A DNA stretch of 64,000 nucleotides. It comes from Bacteriovoracia bacterium. Its GTDB lineage: Bacteria; Bdellovibrionota; UBA1018; CAIPTA01. A program made the translations under genes and the position numbers. Where the stretch lies: NCBI GenBank assembly GCA_050246755.1, contig JBFWVL010000006.1:1-64000 (forward strand), read 5' to 3'. Positions 9,442 through 19,398 of the stretch are shown here, one piece after another. Position 1 is the stretch's first letter. Every line of letters begins with the position of its first letter. The notes below the pieces were generated by a model. It was not told the DNA's origin, searched no databases, and saw only the letters and a list, made by a program, of their open reading frames with translations.

Positions 9442-9484
9442 CAGATGACTCTAAAAATTCCGCAGACTTGCATGATGCTTGCCA

Positions 9485-9520
9485 GGCAGGTATTCTTCCG
9501 GCAGGCATATTTTAGGCAGG
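9485..9520 (+). promoter_or_regulatory. Three phased GGCAGG repeats between divergent HTH genes
   Basis: GGCAGG at 9485, 9500 and 9515 (exact 15-bp period). Confidence 0.5.
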
Positions 9521-9525
9521 TTTAT

Positions 9526-9876
9526 ATGGGCGCGTTAAAGCCTTCGGACATCGCAGAAGCTCTTCAAATCAACCATCGGTTCGGCCTTCTCATGCGTGAG
9601 GAGCGCAAGGCCGCAGGCTACGCCTTGGATAAGGTTGCCCAAGATTTCGGCCTGACCCTGCGCGACCTCTACGATTGGGAACTCGGTCTTACGTCGCCGC
9701 CCGCCAAGCTATTCTATGCCCTTATGAAGCACTACGGCCCCGCCGCTTTCCATCGAGCCGCCGAATTGGACATGGAAATTCAGATGGAAAAATACGATAT
9801 TCTGGTTGCGGCCAAGAACGGCTCCGCGCCGGTCCATGCTCCCGCCACCTCGCGCAGTTCCGCACTCACGGCCTAG
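9526..9876 (+). CDS. XRE-like HTH protein
   Basis: FGLLMREERKAAGYALDKVAQDFGLTLRDLYDWELGLTSP. Confidence 0.7.
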   Translation: MGALKPSDIAEALQINHRFGLLMREERKAAGYALDKVAQDFGLTLRDLYDWELGLTSPPAKLFYALMKHYGPAAFHRAAELDMEIQMEKYDILVAAKNGSAPVHAPATSRSSALTA

Positions 9877-9959
9877 TCGCCAGCCAACCCCTTCGATCCG
9901 AGTCTTTCCCACTCTCCCGTCTCATCCCTTTCATGTCTTCGCCGGGCATGGAGGGAGTC

Positions 9960-10409
9960 ATGCACTCGAAGAAATGTTCAGCTTGCGGCCGCAAATTCAA
10001 AAAACAGTCGCCAGGTCGCCAAATCTACTGCTCAAACAGCAAATGCCAGAGGGAACGGCGGCGGCATTGGCAGAGGGAAAAGCGAAAGTCCGATCCCGAC
10101 TACAAGGACAACCAGTTACGCGCTCAACAGGCTTGGGCGGAACGTAATCCGGATTATTGGCGGGAATATCGCCGACGCAATCCCGAATATACAGAGAAAA
10201 ATCGGCGGCGTGAGAAAGAACGCCGCGTGAAACGCAAGGTCAAGCCCGTTGCAAAGATGGACTTGGCATCCGTGAATTCACTGGCGCCTTCTGGCACTTA
10301 TCTGCTGATTCCGCTCTCTGAGGATGGCGTTGCAAAGATGGATGCGTGGACGGTGGAAATCCGATTTATCTCAAGAGCTTCCGGTAGCAAGAGCGGCAAG
10401 AGTCGATAA
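9960..10409 (+). CDS. Zn-finger-like basic hypothetical protein
   Basis: GAGGGAG RBS; CSAC...YCSNSKC followed by an R/E-rich helix with NPDYWREYRRRNPEY repeats. Confidence 0.6.
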   Translation: MHSKKCSACGRKFKKQSPGRQIYCSNSKCQRERRRHWQREKRKSDPDYKDNQLRAQQAWAERNPDYWREYRRRNPEYTEKNRRREKERRVKRKVKPVAKMDLASVNSLAPSGTYLLIPLSEDGVAKMDAWTVEIRFISRASGSKSGKSR

Positions 10410-10598
10410 TTGCAAAGAGAGGACTGCATAGTTGCCGCTCGTGCGCGGTGTTACATTCCGAGGCCAGGTATCTCTCGGCGGCAGGCGTGATTCGATGTTG
10501 GTCCTTTCGTATTTCACCGAAAAGGTGGACTCGGCGTTATCAAATAGGAACCGAACCTTCCCGAGAGGCGCTTCAAGAAATACGCCGGGAGACGGTAG

Positions 10599-12158
10599 AT
10601 GCAGAATCAAGAAACAGGCAGCGGAGAGCAGAAATTTCTATATCGAGCGGTTGAGTATGTTCGGATGTCCACCGAGCACCAACAGTATTCGACGGAAAAC
10701 CAATCAGAAAAAATCCGCGAATACGCGGCTCATCGAAAAATTGAGATCGTCAGAACCTACGCGGATGCGGGGAAAAGCGGCCTCAATATCGGAGGAAGAC
10801 AGGCGCTTCAGCAGCTCATCAGCGACGTGGAAAGCGGAAGAGCGGACTTCCAGATCATCCTCGTCTATGACATAAGCCGATGGGGACGTTTTCAAGACGC
10901 CGATGAGAGTGCCTACTACGAGTACATATGCCGCCGCGCAGGAATCCAGGTCGCCTACTGTGCCGAGCAGTTCGAGAACGACGGTTCTCCTGTTTCCACC
11001 ATCGTCAAAGGCGTTAAGCGAGCGATGGCTGGTGAATATAGCCGGGAGCTGTCCGCCAAGGTCTTCGCGGGCCAATGCCGCCTGATCGAGCTTGGATACA
11101 GACAAGGCGGCCCGGCGGGGTACGGCCTCCGCCGGACGCTGCTCGATCAAAACGGATCAGTGAAAGGAGAGCTTTCCCGAGGCGAGCACAAAAGCCTGCA
11201 AACCGACCGCGTGATTCTCATGCCCGGCCCCGACGATGAAATCCAGAACGTCAATCAAATCTATCACTGGTTCATCAACGAGGGGCTGGTGGAATCCGAG
11301 ATCGCCGCCCGGCTGAACGAGAGCAATATCAAGACCGACCTTGATCGCCCGTGGACCCGCGCCACCGTCCATGAGGTTCTGACCAATGAGAAATACATCG
11401 GCAACAACATCTTCAACCGCGTCTCATTCAAACTAAAGAAGAAGCGCGTGGTGAACACCGAGAATATGTGGATTCGTAAAGTGGGCGCGTTCGAGGGAAT
11501 CGTGTCGCCGGAGACGTTTTACAAAGTCCAAGGGATGATCCTTGCCCGTACCCGCCGCTACACCGATCAAGAACTTCTCGAACGGCTCAAGAAACTCTAC
11601 TCGGAACGTGGATTTCTCTCGGGGCTTATCATCAACGAAGCCGAAGGGATGCCTTCTCCATCGGTCTATTCGCATCGCTTCGGCAGCCTGATCCGGGCAT
11701 ATCAGATGGTCGGGTTCACGCCCGAGCGCGATTACAAATATCTGGAGATCAACAAGTTCATCCGTCAGATGCACCCGGAAGTGGTGCGCGAGACGGAGCA
11801 GAAAATTGTCGATCTTGGTGGCGCGGTGACTCGTGACCCTCTCACGGACTTGCTTACGGTTAACGAAGAGTTTTCCGCCTCTCTGGTTCTGGCCCGTTGT
11901 CATCAACTGGAGAACGGTCGGAAGCGGTGGAAAGTTCGATTCGACACCAGCTTGCTCCCGGATATTACGGTTGCCGTTCGTCTTGATCCATCGAACAAGG
12001 CACCGCTGGACTATTACCTGCTGCCGCGCCTCGATTTTTCCCATCCCGGCATCAGCTTGAACGACCACAACCCCGCCGAGCTTGAAAGTTACCGCTTTGA
12101 CAGCCTGGATTATCTCTACGGCATGGCCGAACGTGCGCGTATTCGGAGGATCGCATGA
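10599..12158 (+). CDS. Large serine recombinase
   Basis: YVRMST..Q..S..NQ, DAGKSG, YDISRWGR, recombinase domain GYG...LTNEKYIG. Confidence 0.9.
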   Translation: MQNQETGSGEQKFLYRAVEYVRMSTEHQQYSTENQSEKIREYAAHRKIEIVRTYADAGKSGLNIGGRQALQQLISDVESGRADFQIILVYDISRWGRFQDADESAYYEYICRRAGIQVAYCAEQFENDGSPVSTIVKGVKRAMAGEYSRELSAKVFAGQCRLIELGYRQGGPAGYGLRRTLLDQNGSVKGELSRGEHKSLQTDRVILMPGPDDEIQNVNQIYHWFINEGLVESEIAARLNESNIKTDLDRPWTRATVHEVLTNEKYIGNNIFNRVSFKLKKKRVVNTENMWIRKVGAFEGIVSPETFYKVQGMILARTRRYTDQELLERLKKLYSERGFLSGLIINEAEGMPSPSVYSHRFGSLIRAYQMVGFTPERDYKYLEINKFIRQMHPEVVRETEQKIVDLGGAVTRDPLTDLLTVNEEFSASLVLARCHQLENGRKRWKVRFDTSLLPDITVAVRLDPSNKAPLDYYLLPRLDFSHPGISLNDHNPAELESYRFDSLDYLYGMAERARIRRIA

Positions 12159-13048
12159 AGAATCGCACACGAGAAATCCGCATGATCCCGGTCGAAAAGA
12201 TCGACGTGCTCAACCCCCGCGAGCGCAACAACCGGGTTTTCGAGGATGTCGTCAAAAATATCGGGTCGATTGGCCTCAAAAAACCGATTACGGTCACGCC
12301 GCGAAAGACAGATGGTGGCGGTGAGCGGTATCTCCTGGTCTGCGGCGAAGGAAGGCTCAAGGCGTTCAAGTCATTGGGCGAAGCAAAAATCCCGGCGCTC
12401 GTCATCGAAGTGAGCGATGATGATGCGTTCATTATGAGCCTCGCGGAAAATATAGCTCGGGTGAAACGCCGGCCGCTGGAGGTTCTGGCCGGGATCGAAC
12501 AGCTCCGGGAGAAGGGCTACACCCCCAAGGAAATCGGCGAAAAAACGGGTCTGACGACGAGCTACGTTCAAGGCGTCCTGACTCTCCTTCGCCAAGGGGA
12601 AGAACGGCTTCTCATCGCGGTTGAAAAGGGAACGATCCCCCTCACGGCGGCGCTGACCATCGTTGGGGCCGGTGAAGACGATAAGGCCATCCAAACGGCT
12701 TTGCAGGAAGCCTATGAATCGGGAAAGCTGCGAGGCAAACGCCTGCACGACACCCGGAAAATCATCGAGAAGCGGAAAACGCACGGGCGCGGGATGGGCC
12801 GTAGCACTCCACGAGAAAAGAACAACAGCGTTTCAACCTCAAGCCTCGTTCGCACCTACCAGCGGGAGGTCGCTCGGCAAAGGATGATGGTCAAAAAAGC
12901 CGAATTTACCCAACAGCGTCTTTTGTTTGTCATCGGCGCACTTCGCCAACTCTACGCAGACGAAAACTTCAACACCCTCCTGCGGGCGGAAAAACTCGAC
13001 AACCTGCCAAAATATCTGGCTGAACGTGTTTGGGAAGGCCACGCATGA
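12155..13048 (+). CDS. ParB/RepB-family protein 1
   Basis: IGLKKPITV, LVCGEGRL, SLAENIAR, then an HTH. Confidence 0.85.
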   Translation: MKNRTREIRMIPVEKIDVLNPRERNNRVFEDVVKNIGSIGLKKPITVTPRKTDGGGERYLLVCGEGRLKAFKSLGEAKIPALVIEVSDDDAFIMSLAENIARVKRRPLEVLAGIEQLREKGYTPKEIGEKTGLTTSYVQGVLTLLRQGEERLLIAVEKGTIPLTAALTIVGAGEDDKAIQTALQEAYESGKLRGKRLHDTRKIIEKRKTHGRGMGRSTPREKNNSVSTSSLVRTYQREVARQRMMVKKAEFTQQRLLFVIGALRQLYADENFNTLLRAEKLDNLPKYLAERVWEGHA

Positions 13049-13953
13049 GCGACGTTTCACTCGGGTTTGTTCCCGAAACCATATCCCTGCCATTCAACCA
13101 GATTCTTCCGTCGAGAAAAATGCCGATGGGGATTTTAAACTCGCGTAAGTTCAAGCAGATCAGAGCGTCCATCGAGGAAGTTGGCCTCATCGAGCCCCTG
13201 TCTGTATCGGCCACCACCAAGAAATCGGAAAACTATCTCTTGCTGGATGGTCATATCCGAATGCTCGTCCTGAAAGACCTTGGCTATGCGGAAGCGCCAT
13301 GCCTCGTTGCCAAGGATGATGAGAGCTATACCTACAACACCCGCATCAACCGGCTTTCGACCATCCAAGAACACTACATGATTAGGCGAGCCATCGAGCG
13401 CGGGGTTTCCAAGGAGCGGCTGGCCCGCGCCTTGAGCGTGGACTTGAGCCATATGGAGAAGAAGATCACCCTGCTGGACGGCATCTGCCCCGAAGCCGCC
13501 GAGCTGCTGAAAGACCGCCAGTTCTCCGCCGATATTTCCCGCGTCATTCGAAAGATGAAACCGACCCGGCAGATCGAATGTGTGGAGCTGATGGTTTCCG
13601 CCGATAACGTCACGGTTTCCTACGCGGAAGCCTTGCTTGTTGCCACGCCTGTCGAACTACTCGTGGATGGCAAAAAACCGCAGAAGCTCCAGGGCGTGAC
13701 CCAGGAGCAAATGGTCAAAATGGAACGCGAGATGGCGAATCTCCAGGGCCAATACAAAATGATCGAGCAAACCTATGGGCAGGACGTGCTCAACCTCGTA
13801 TTGGCGCGGGGCTACTTGGTCAAACTCCTGGAGAACAAAACCATTGCGAAGCATCTGAAGCAACGCTACCCCGAGGTGCTAGAGCAGTTTCAGAACATCA
13901 TCGAGACGACCACACTTGATGGAGCAGGCCAGCTTTCGCAGGCTTCCGGATGA
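13045..13953 (+). CDS. ParB/RepB-family protein 2
   Basis: SIEEVGLIEPL, LLDGHIR; RepB-type C-terminus; ATGA coupling to the upstream gene. Confidence 0.85.
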   Translation: MSDVSLGFVPETISLPFNQILPSRKMPMGILNSRKFKQIRASIEEVGLIEPLSVSATTKKSENYLLLDGHIRMLVLKDLGYAEAPCLVAKDDESYTYNTRINRLSTIQEHYMIRRAIERGVSKERLARALSVDLSHMEKKITLLDGICPEAAELLKDRQFSADISRVIRKMKPTRQIECVELMVSADNVTVSYAEALLVATPVELLVDGKKPQKLQGVTQEQMVKMEREMANLQGQYKMIEQTYGQDVLNLVLARGYLVKLLENKTIAKHLKQRYPEVLEQFQNIIETTTLDGAGQLSQASG

Positions 13954-13990
13954 TTGGGGGCGAATCCGGCGGATGGAGAGGGCCACGCCT

Positions 13991-14488
13991 CTATTTGCAC
14001 CAATTCCGCTTGAGCTTCTTCTCTCCGTGATACGGATACGCCAGCCCTCGCTTGATAAGCTCGTCGGCGATTGATCGGCCATCGGCGACGATGGTGCCAA
14101 GAATTCTGAAGTATTTGTCCTTCTGGACATTCACAATATCGACCCGTTCGGCCTTGCCCAAGAGAGCTGTCAAAACAGCCTTGGCCTCTTCCGCTTTTTT
14201 CTTTTCACAGGAATTTTTTGTTCGCAGCTCCGGAGTGTCGATGCCGAAAACCCTCACCCCCATTCTTTTACCAAAGAGCGGGTGTTGATTCGGCAGATCG
14301 ACAAAAATGCTATCGCCGTCATAGACTTCGACAACCTTGACGCAGTTGAAAGCGGTTTCCGTCGGCAAGCACGGGTTTGTCGAGTCTGAGTCTGTGCGAG
14401 GCGCGGGCGCGAAAGATGCCTCTTTCACTTGGGGCGTGGAGCATCCCACCGCGAGTATCACGAGAACGAAGCAAATACAGCGGCTCAC
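13991..14488 (-). CDS. Thermonuclease (SNase) family lipoprotein
   Basis: GTG start, lipobox AVGC, VYDGDSI, RVFGIDTPE, DKYFRIL, LIKRGLA. Confidence 0.85.
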   Translation of the reverse strand: MSRCICFVLVILAVGCSTPQVKEASFAPAPRTDSDSTNPCLPTETAFNCVKVVEVYDGDSIFVDLPNQHPLFGKRMGVRVFGIDTPELRTKNSCEKKKAEEAKAVLTALLGKAERVDIVNVQKDKYFRILGTIVADGRSIADELIKRGLAYPYHGEKKLKRNWCK

Positions 14489-15507
14489 TTTTCCCCCGAA
14501 TTGAATATGACCTCGAACTCGCCAATCGTTTTCAGGATCAACGTCCAATCCGGGCGTTCCCGGAAAAACATCGACGCCATCAACTCGTAGTCGTTTTCGA
14601 GAGCCGTAAGAATTTTGTCGGGCGGAGATAGCTTCAGCGAACCCTTGCGGGCCGTTCCGTAGTTCGCCCATCCCGAAGGAAAATAGACGCTTTTGTGAGT
14701 GGCGACGCGTTCGAGCAGCGAAATGTCGTTCAGGGCCTTCGCTTTGATGTCGGACCCCAGCAGACAGCAAAAGTCGTAGAAATGGCGGGAGATCCGGCGG
14801 GGAGCCGCCTTGCCCTCCGGGAAATGTGCGTACTGATGCAAGATCGTCGCTTTCTCCCAAAAGGTTCTTTCCGCGTTCAACACGCGAACCGTGACCTTTT
14901 CCTCCGTGACCTTCTCTTTCAGGGTGTCCTTCAGATAGCTATGGATTTTGTGCTCGCTGACCGGCCAATGTTCTGACCTTGCGCCCATTTCAATTTTCAC
15001 TGAAGGCTCAATGTAGCCACCTTTTGCCGTCAGCGTCGGATAGTCAAAAAGAAGTGTCTGTCCATCTGGATCTTTGGTATCGACGGTCAGGCTCCAGCCT
15101 TCCGTGGCTCCGAGCTTGGCCGCGATACCTTGGCGTAGCGACGCAAGCATTTTCCCTTGAACATACTCCGAGCAAAGTTTGCCGAGAGAGTCTATCGCCG
15201 CCTTCTGTTTTTTCTTCGACGCAGCCTTTTCCGGATCGCTTTCTCCATCGAAGCCGAAGAACTCCTTCTCGATCGACAAATCAATGTCTTCGGAAAACCT
15301 GTGAATCAGTCCGTACACCTTGGAGAGCGAAGTACCGCCCTTGAACGTCAAGTGCTCTTGTAGCTCGGCAAGCTCGAACAGACGCTCCAGCGTCCAAACG
15401 ACCCAAAAATCCTTCTCCAGAATCGCCAAGGAGATCCCGCTTTCGACAACTGCGGTATCGAAGAAGAGCTGTCGCTCCTCGGACGGTAGCAAATAAATCT
15501 CGCTCAT
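14485..15507 (-). CDS. abiEii: AbiEii nucleotidyltransferase toxin (type IV TA)
   Basis: EKDFWV, FKGGTSLSK, RFSEDIDL, RTFWEK, SRHFYD. Confidence 0.9.
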   Translation of the reverse strand: MSEIYLLPSEERQLFFDTAVVESGISLAILEKDFWVVWTLERLFELAELQEHLTFKGGTSLSKVYGLIHRFSEDIDLSIEKEFFGFDGESDPEKAASKKKQKAAIDSLGKLCSEYVQGKMLASLRQGIAAKLGATEGWSLTVDTKDPDGQTLLFDYPTLTAKGGYIEPSVKIEMGARSEHWPVSEHKIHSYLKDTLKEKVTEEKVTVRVLNAERTFWEKATILHQYAHFPEGKAAPRRISRHFYDFCCLLGSDIKAKALNDISLLERVATHKSVYFPSGWANYGTARKGSLKLSPPDKILTALENDYELMASMFFRERPDWTLILKTIGEFEVIFNSGEK

Positions 15508-16109
15508 AGCTCATCCTTCATCAGATTCAATAAAATCGAACGAATCCACTGAGGCGCGAACTTGATGTTCTTCTCGAATTCGCGCCGCTTGCTGGATTTC
15601 AAGAAACTCTTCACCGTTTTGAGCACCGTTTCGTCAATCTGATCCTTGCCCATGAATTTAAGGGCTTGGATCACGAGAGATTCCCGGCTTCCTGCCGCGA
15701 ACATATTCTTCACGGTGGACTGCTTAAAGACGATTTCCAGCTTTCCGATCTTCAGTTTTTTAGGCGGACCGTCAGTCAGGAAAATCACTCGACCCGGCAC
15801 TTGATCCGAAATGCCGATGAGGTTAGCCGCGTAAGCGCCCGTGGGCTGAATTTTCGCGCCATTCTTTTCCGCAATTGCCGTTGCGACCGCATCAATGCTC
15901 GGTGGGACTTTCCCGAGTACGTTGTGCTCTCTTGGGTAGTCGTAGAGCCCCTGAGCTATCCGTCGAATGACCCCTTGCTTTTGAAGAAGCGAAAGAAACT
16001 TTCGCACAGCCGTATCGGTGCCAAGGTCTAAAAAGTGCTTTGGGGTAAAGCACCATCCCTGGCCGTGGGAAAGGATTCTCTTTTTCATGCTCATCTCAAC
16101 GCCTTGCAC
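15504..16109 (-). CDS. abiEi: AbiEi-type antitoxin
   Basis: N-terminal wHTH with IRRIAQGLY; AANLIGISDQVP; coupled to abiEii. Confidence 0.8.
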   Translation of the reverse strand: MQGVEMSMKKRILSHGQGWCFTPKHFLDLGTDTAVRKFLSLLQKQGVIRRIAQGLYDYPREHNVLGKVPPSIDAVATAIAEKNGAKIQPTGAYAANLIGISDQVPGRVIFLTDGPPKKLKIGKLEIVFKQSTVKNMFAAGSRESLVIQALKFMGKDQIDETVLKTVKSFLKSSKRREFEKNIKFAPQWIRSILLNLMKDEL

Positions 16110-16126
16110 GTCAAATCTCCCTCAGA

Positions 16127-16204
16127 TTCATTCACAAAAGATACCATATTTTGTGAATAAGAATCCAGGTCAATTCACAAAATATGGTATCTTTTGTGAA
16201 TGAA
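16127..16204. promoter_or_regulatory. abiE operator: perfect 32-bp inverted repeat, each arm itself palindromic
   Basis: TTCATTCACAAAAGATACCATATTTTGTGAAT (16127-16158) and its exact reverse complement (16173-16204). Confidence 0.8.
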
Positions 16205-16331
16205 AACAGAAATATCGGCGTTTTATCAAGTGGTTAGTGGCTGGCCTTGCGGAGCCCTGCCTAGACCTTCTTCATTCAGGCGGAAGGTCAGGCAGGATGA
16301 CGACAATCGGGCGGCGGGAAAGCTGTCAGAC

Positions 16332-16724
16332 CTACTTCCGACGGCCAATGACTTCCCCAAAGGGGAAGAAGAATAATGGCTGTGGCTGGTTCTTCGGAGT
16401 CAGATGCTTTCTGTACCGGCGGGGATTCTTGAGCTTGTACCCGTAGCAGTCATCTTCCTCGAAATACTTGCAGTCAACGATTTCCACCGAGCCGACAATC
16501 ACGCCCGCTGGCAGGTCGCCTGGCTGCATTCGGAGCTTCTTCCAGTAGCTCTCGGCTCCCGAGCCAAGGGACGCGTATAGGTAAACTCGCCCGCGAATCT
16601 TCGTCGGGCGGCTGCGGTATTCGTACTTCTTGCCGCCGCGAAGAATATCTTCGACATAAGGCTGTCTGATGCTGATGGCGCGGCCTGATGGAACATCCGT
16701 CTTGCTGGCTTTCTTCGACTTCAT
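16332..16724 (-). CDS. ASCH-domain protein
   Basis: AISIRQPY..ILRGGKKYEYRS, GVIVGSVEIVDC. Confidence 0.85.
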   Translation of the reverse strand: MKSKKASKTDVPSGRAISIRQPYVEDILRGGKKYEYRSRPTKIRGRVYLYASLGSGAESYWKKLRMQPGDLPAGVIVGSVEIVDCKYFEEDDCYGYKLKNPRRYRKHLTPKNQPQPLFFFPFGEVIGRRK

Positions 16725-16748
16725 AGCTTCCTTTCCTACCAATCGCCG

Positions 16749-18065
16749 TTAGCGTTTCTTGGCATCTGCCTGGATACGAGTGATTTTTCCATTGGAGTCC
16801 GCTTCCGCGATCACGCTCAAGCCTTTTTCTTCCACGCTATGAATGAAGACCCCAATTCGCTTTGTCGCCCCATGAACCATCCGGACCCGTTCAATGGAGT
16901 CTTCACAAGATGTAACAAGATTCTGCATCTCAGCCCGCAGGCTCTTCTTCTTCGTCTTGATACTCTCGTCGGATTCCCAGAATCGCCCGGAAAGCTGGCC
17001 CGCCTTCTTCTTCATGCGTTCCGCGTCTTCACGGATTTTTGCCAGCATCCTCTCGGCATCCTGGATGATGGAATCAATCCGCCGAAGCTCACGCCCTGGT
17101 TTCCTGTCGATGAATGCGCCCATGTACTCCGAATATGCGGCTACGAGGGTAAAGCGGATAGCGTAGCTCGCTGGAATAAAATAGGCGTCCATCGCTTTCC
17201 TGAACTCGACGGCTTTATCTTCGATGCTGCCGCTGAATTCCCTTGAGGCGAGGGCATCAGCGGCGGCATTCGCCCGCAAGATACTGGCCTCGATGGACTG
17301 CAAACTCTCGTGATAGATGCGTTCGACCTGATTTCTCATGATAAGGGATTCTTCGGCACTGAAAGACGTTCCCCGCGAAATATCCGCGAGATACTTCATG
17401 CTTCCCAAGAAACGTCCTTGCTCTTGGGTATCAAGCCAGCCTTCCAATTGTTTGACGCTCTCCTCGATGGAGGCGAGGCGTTCGTTGATGTCGGAAAGAA
17501 ATTTCTGAGCCGTGACTATCGCTAGAATCTGCCACGCGGCTGAAACTGCGGCAATGGAGGAGGCCGCGCGATCCGGAGAGATTTTTCCCTGACCGATAAT
17601 CTTGCCGCTACGGTCAACGGCTGTCGCTCTAAAAGTTCCGCCCGAGCGCATGAGAGAGTAGGTATTATCCGTCAGCCCTTTGGCGACCTCCGGACTGAAT
17701 GTGATTCGATAAAGATTCCCCGAGCCCGTCGAGAGAATCGCAAGGGAGGGAATCGACTTGAGGATGGGAGCAATCGCATTTCCAATTTCGGACGGCAAAT
17801 TCTCGCCGCCCTCAACGATGGGGGCATCAAATGGCGCAATTACGATGTCTGGCGGGAATTCATCAGCCACCGGAAGCGACTCTTCTAAGTCCGAATTTAT
17901 CGCGTTGGTGGCAGCCGAGTTGACGGATACCGAATGTGGTCTGGCGAGCCGACGAACCGCCAGAGCTAGATATGCCAGAACGCCAGCTCCGATGAGCAAC
18001 GCAGCCGCAACGATATATGATCCCAGCCCCTCAATCATTTGCATGGTTCGCGTCTTTCCGCCCAA
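16749..18065 (-). CDS. Hypothetical membrane-anchored helical/coiled-coil protein
   Basis: 438-aa ORF with N-terminal TM helix, second hydrophobic patch and coiled coils; overlaps the mcrC end; start uncertain. Confidence 0.65.
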   Translation of the reverse strand: MGGKTRTMQMIEGLGSYIVAAALLIGAGVLAYLALAVRRLARPHSVSVNSAATNAINSDLEESLPVADEFPPDIVIAPFDAPIVEGGENLPSEIGNAIAPILKSIPSLAILSTGSGNLYRITFSPEVAKGLTDNTYSLMRSGGTFRATAVDRSGKIIGQGKISPDRAASSIAAVSAAWQILAIVTAQKFLSDINERLASIEESVKQLEGWLDTQEQGRFLGSMKYLADISRGTSFSAEESLIMRNQVERIYHESLQSIEASILRANAAADALASREFSGSIEDKAVEFRKAMDAYFIPASYAIRFTLVAAYSEYMGAFIDRKPGRELRRIDSIIQDAERMLAKIREDAERMKKKAGQLSGRFWESDESIKTKKKSLRAEMQNLVTSCEDSIERVRMVHGATKRIGVFIHSVEEKGLSVIAEADSNGKITRIQADAKKR

Positions 18066-19398
18066 GGCTAAGTCCTACTTGGACCAGTCTTGTCAGCTCA
18101 TTCACCAGAGCGCCAAAGTCAGTTTGAAAATTCATGGACAAGTCGATGGTGGCGGAAAAGAAGGTCTGCTTTCCGCCGTTGACTCGGAATTCCCGCCAGA
18201 GACTTTTCTGGTACTTTGGATAGAGCAGCCCAACGGAAGGCAGGTCTTCTTCATTGGAGTGAATTTGCTTATAGGCAAGAACCTGATAGGCGTCCGCGTT
18301 TCCAATACCGTAATGAGAGCCGTCGCCCACGATTTTATACTTCGTATCGAGAATCATCATGGAGCCGCTATCGGAAGAGCGGATCTCTATGTCCGTATAG
18401 GTATCGAATAGGCTACGATCCACCCAATCAGATCCATCCAAGAGATTGCGCTCGGCAGTTACCAGGCGTTTCTTCTTCTGGGCTCGGACTTCAACCCGCA
18501 GATTCTTGGCGTTTCGCCGCAAGACCTCGAAAATGAACTCTTCGAACAATTCGTTCATATCGAACAACAGCGCGAAGACGCGTCGAGAATTGTCCCTTCC
18601 GAACTCCGGCCGCAACCTCTCAAGAAACATCTTCGTTAACTGGACAAGGGCCAAAAAATCGCGCTCGAGCCGGCCAGAGGCCATTCGCTCAAACTGACCT
18701 GGATCGACAAACGCGTTGCCCGCTCCTTCAAGAAGTCCGATGCACCTTTGCAGCTTTCTCTTGGATTCAACATTCCTAGTCTGCCGCTCCAGTGCGACAG
18801 CGACAAATTTGAGAGCCCTGGAAACAGGATTGTCTTCCGTAAACTCGGAGAATTCGCAAAATACCTTAGACTGGTTTACGGCGTTGAAAATGGAGTTGCG
18901 GGCGAAGTTGACCTTTCCTTTAAGGCAGTCCAGGTTTTCGCTTTGTTCCTCATATCGCTTTGGGACTCCAGAACGCGTCAACACACGGTTTAGCCGACTC
19001 GCAAAAATGGAGATATATGCTTCAATGAAACTTCCGAAGTCGTTGGATAAACCGGCGACCCCCGCATCTTGAACATCAAGAGCATTGGTGTAAGAAAGCA
19101 TAAACATCAGATTACGAAGAATCTGATTGTTCTCGCCATGCCCCGACAACAGCTTCGGTAGGATTTCGATTTGCGTTCCATCGACATCAATGACCCCGAC
19201 AAGGCTTCGCGCTCGAACCTTTGTCGGTGAAAAATCAAAGACGGTCTTACCGGGAACAATATTGGAGGAAGCCACCTGAAGCGCACGAAGGGTCGCGGGA
19301 GCAATGCCAAGATCGCCAAGTTCTTCCGAATAGCTTCCGTCGCTTCGCTTGAAGCCGGAATATTCGTGAAAGGTGATGTAGCTGCGGGCCGACACCAT
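18031..19398 (-). CDS. mcrC: McrC-family restriction nuclease subunit
   Basis: IEILPK, LFDMNELFEEF, TD...ILDTKYK, DAYQVLAY, LLYP. Confidence 0.9.
   Translation of the reverse strand: MVSARSYITFHEYSGFKRSDGSYSEELGDLGIAPATLRALQVASSNIVPGKTVFDFSPTKVRARSLVGVIDVDGTQIEILPKLLSGHGENNQILRNLMFMLSYTNALDVQDAGVAGLSNDFGSFIEAYISIFASRLNRVLTRSGVPKRYEEQSENLDCLKGKVNFARNSIFNAVNQSKVFCEFSEFTEDNPVSRALKFVAVALERQTRNVESKRKLQRCIGLLEGAGNAFVDPGQFERMASGRLERDFLALVQLTKMFLERLRPEFGRDNSRRVFALLFDMNELFEEFIFEVLRRNAKNLRVEVRAQKKKRLVTAERNLLDGSDWVDRSLFDTYTDIEIRSSDSGSMMILDTKYKIVGDGSHYGIGNADAYQVLAYKQIHSNEEDLPSVGLLYPKYQKSLWREFRVNGGKQTFFSATIDLSMNFQTDFGALVNELTRLVQVGLSLGRKDANHAND

Noticed and set aside
9873-13990. Terminal repeats for the serine recombinase cassette
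   Set aside because: Only short, weak similarities between the flanks; insufficient to call ends.
14489-14860. Long N-terminus on the thermonuclease ORF
   Set aside because: Overlaps abiEii; the lipoprotein signal begins at GTG 14488.
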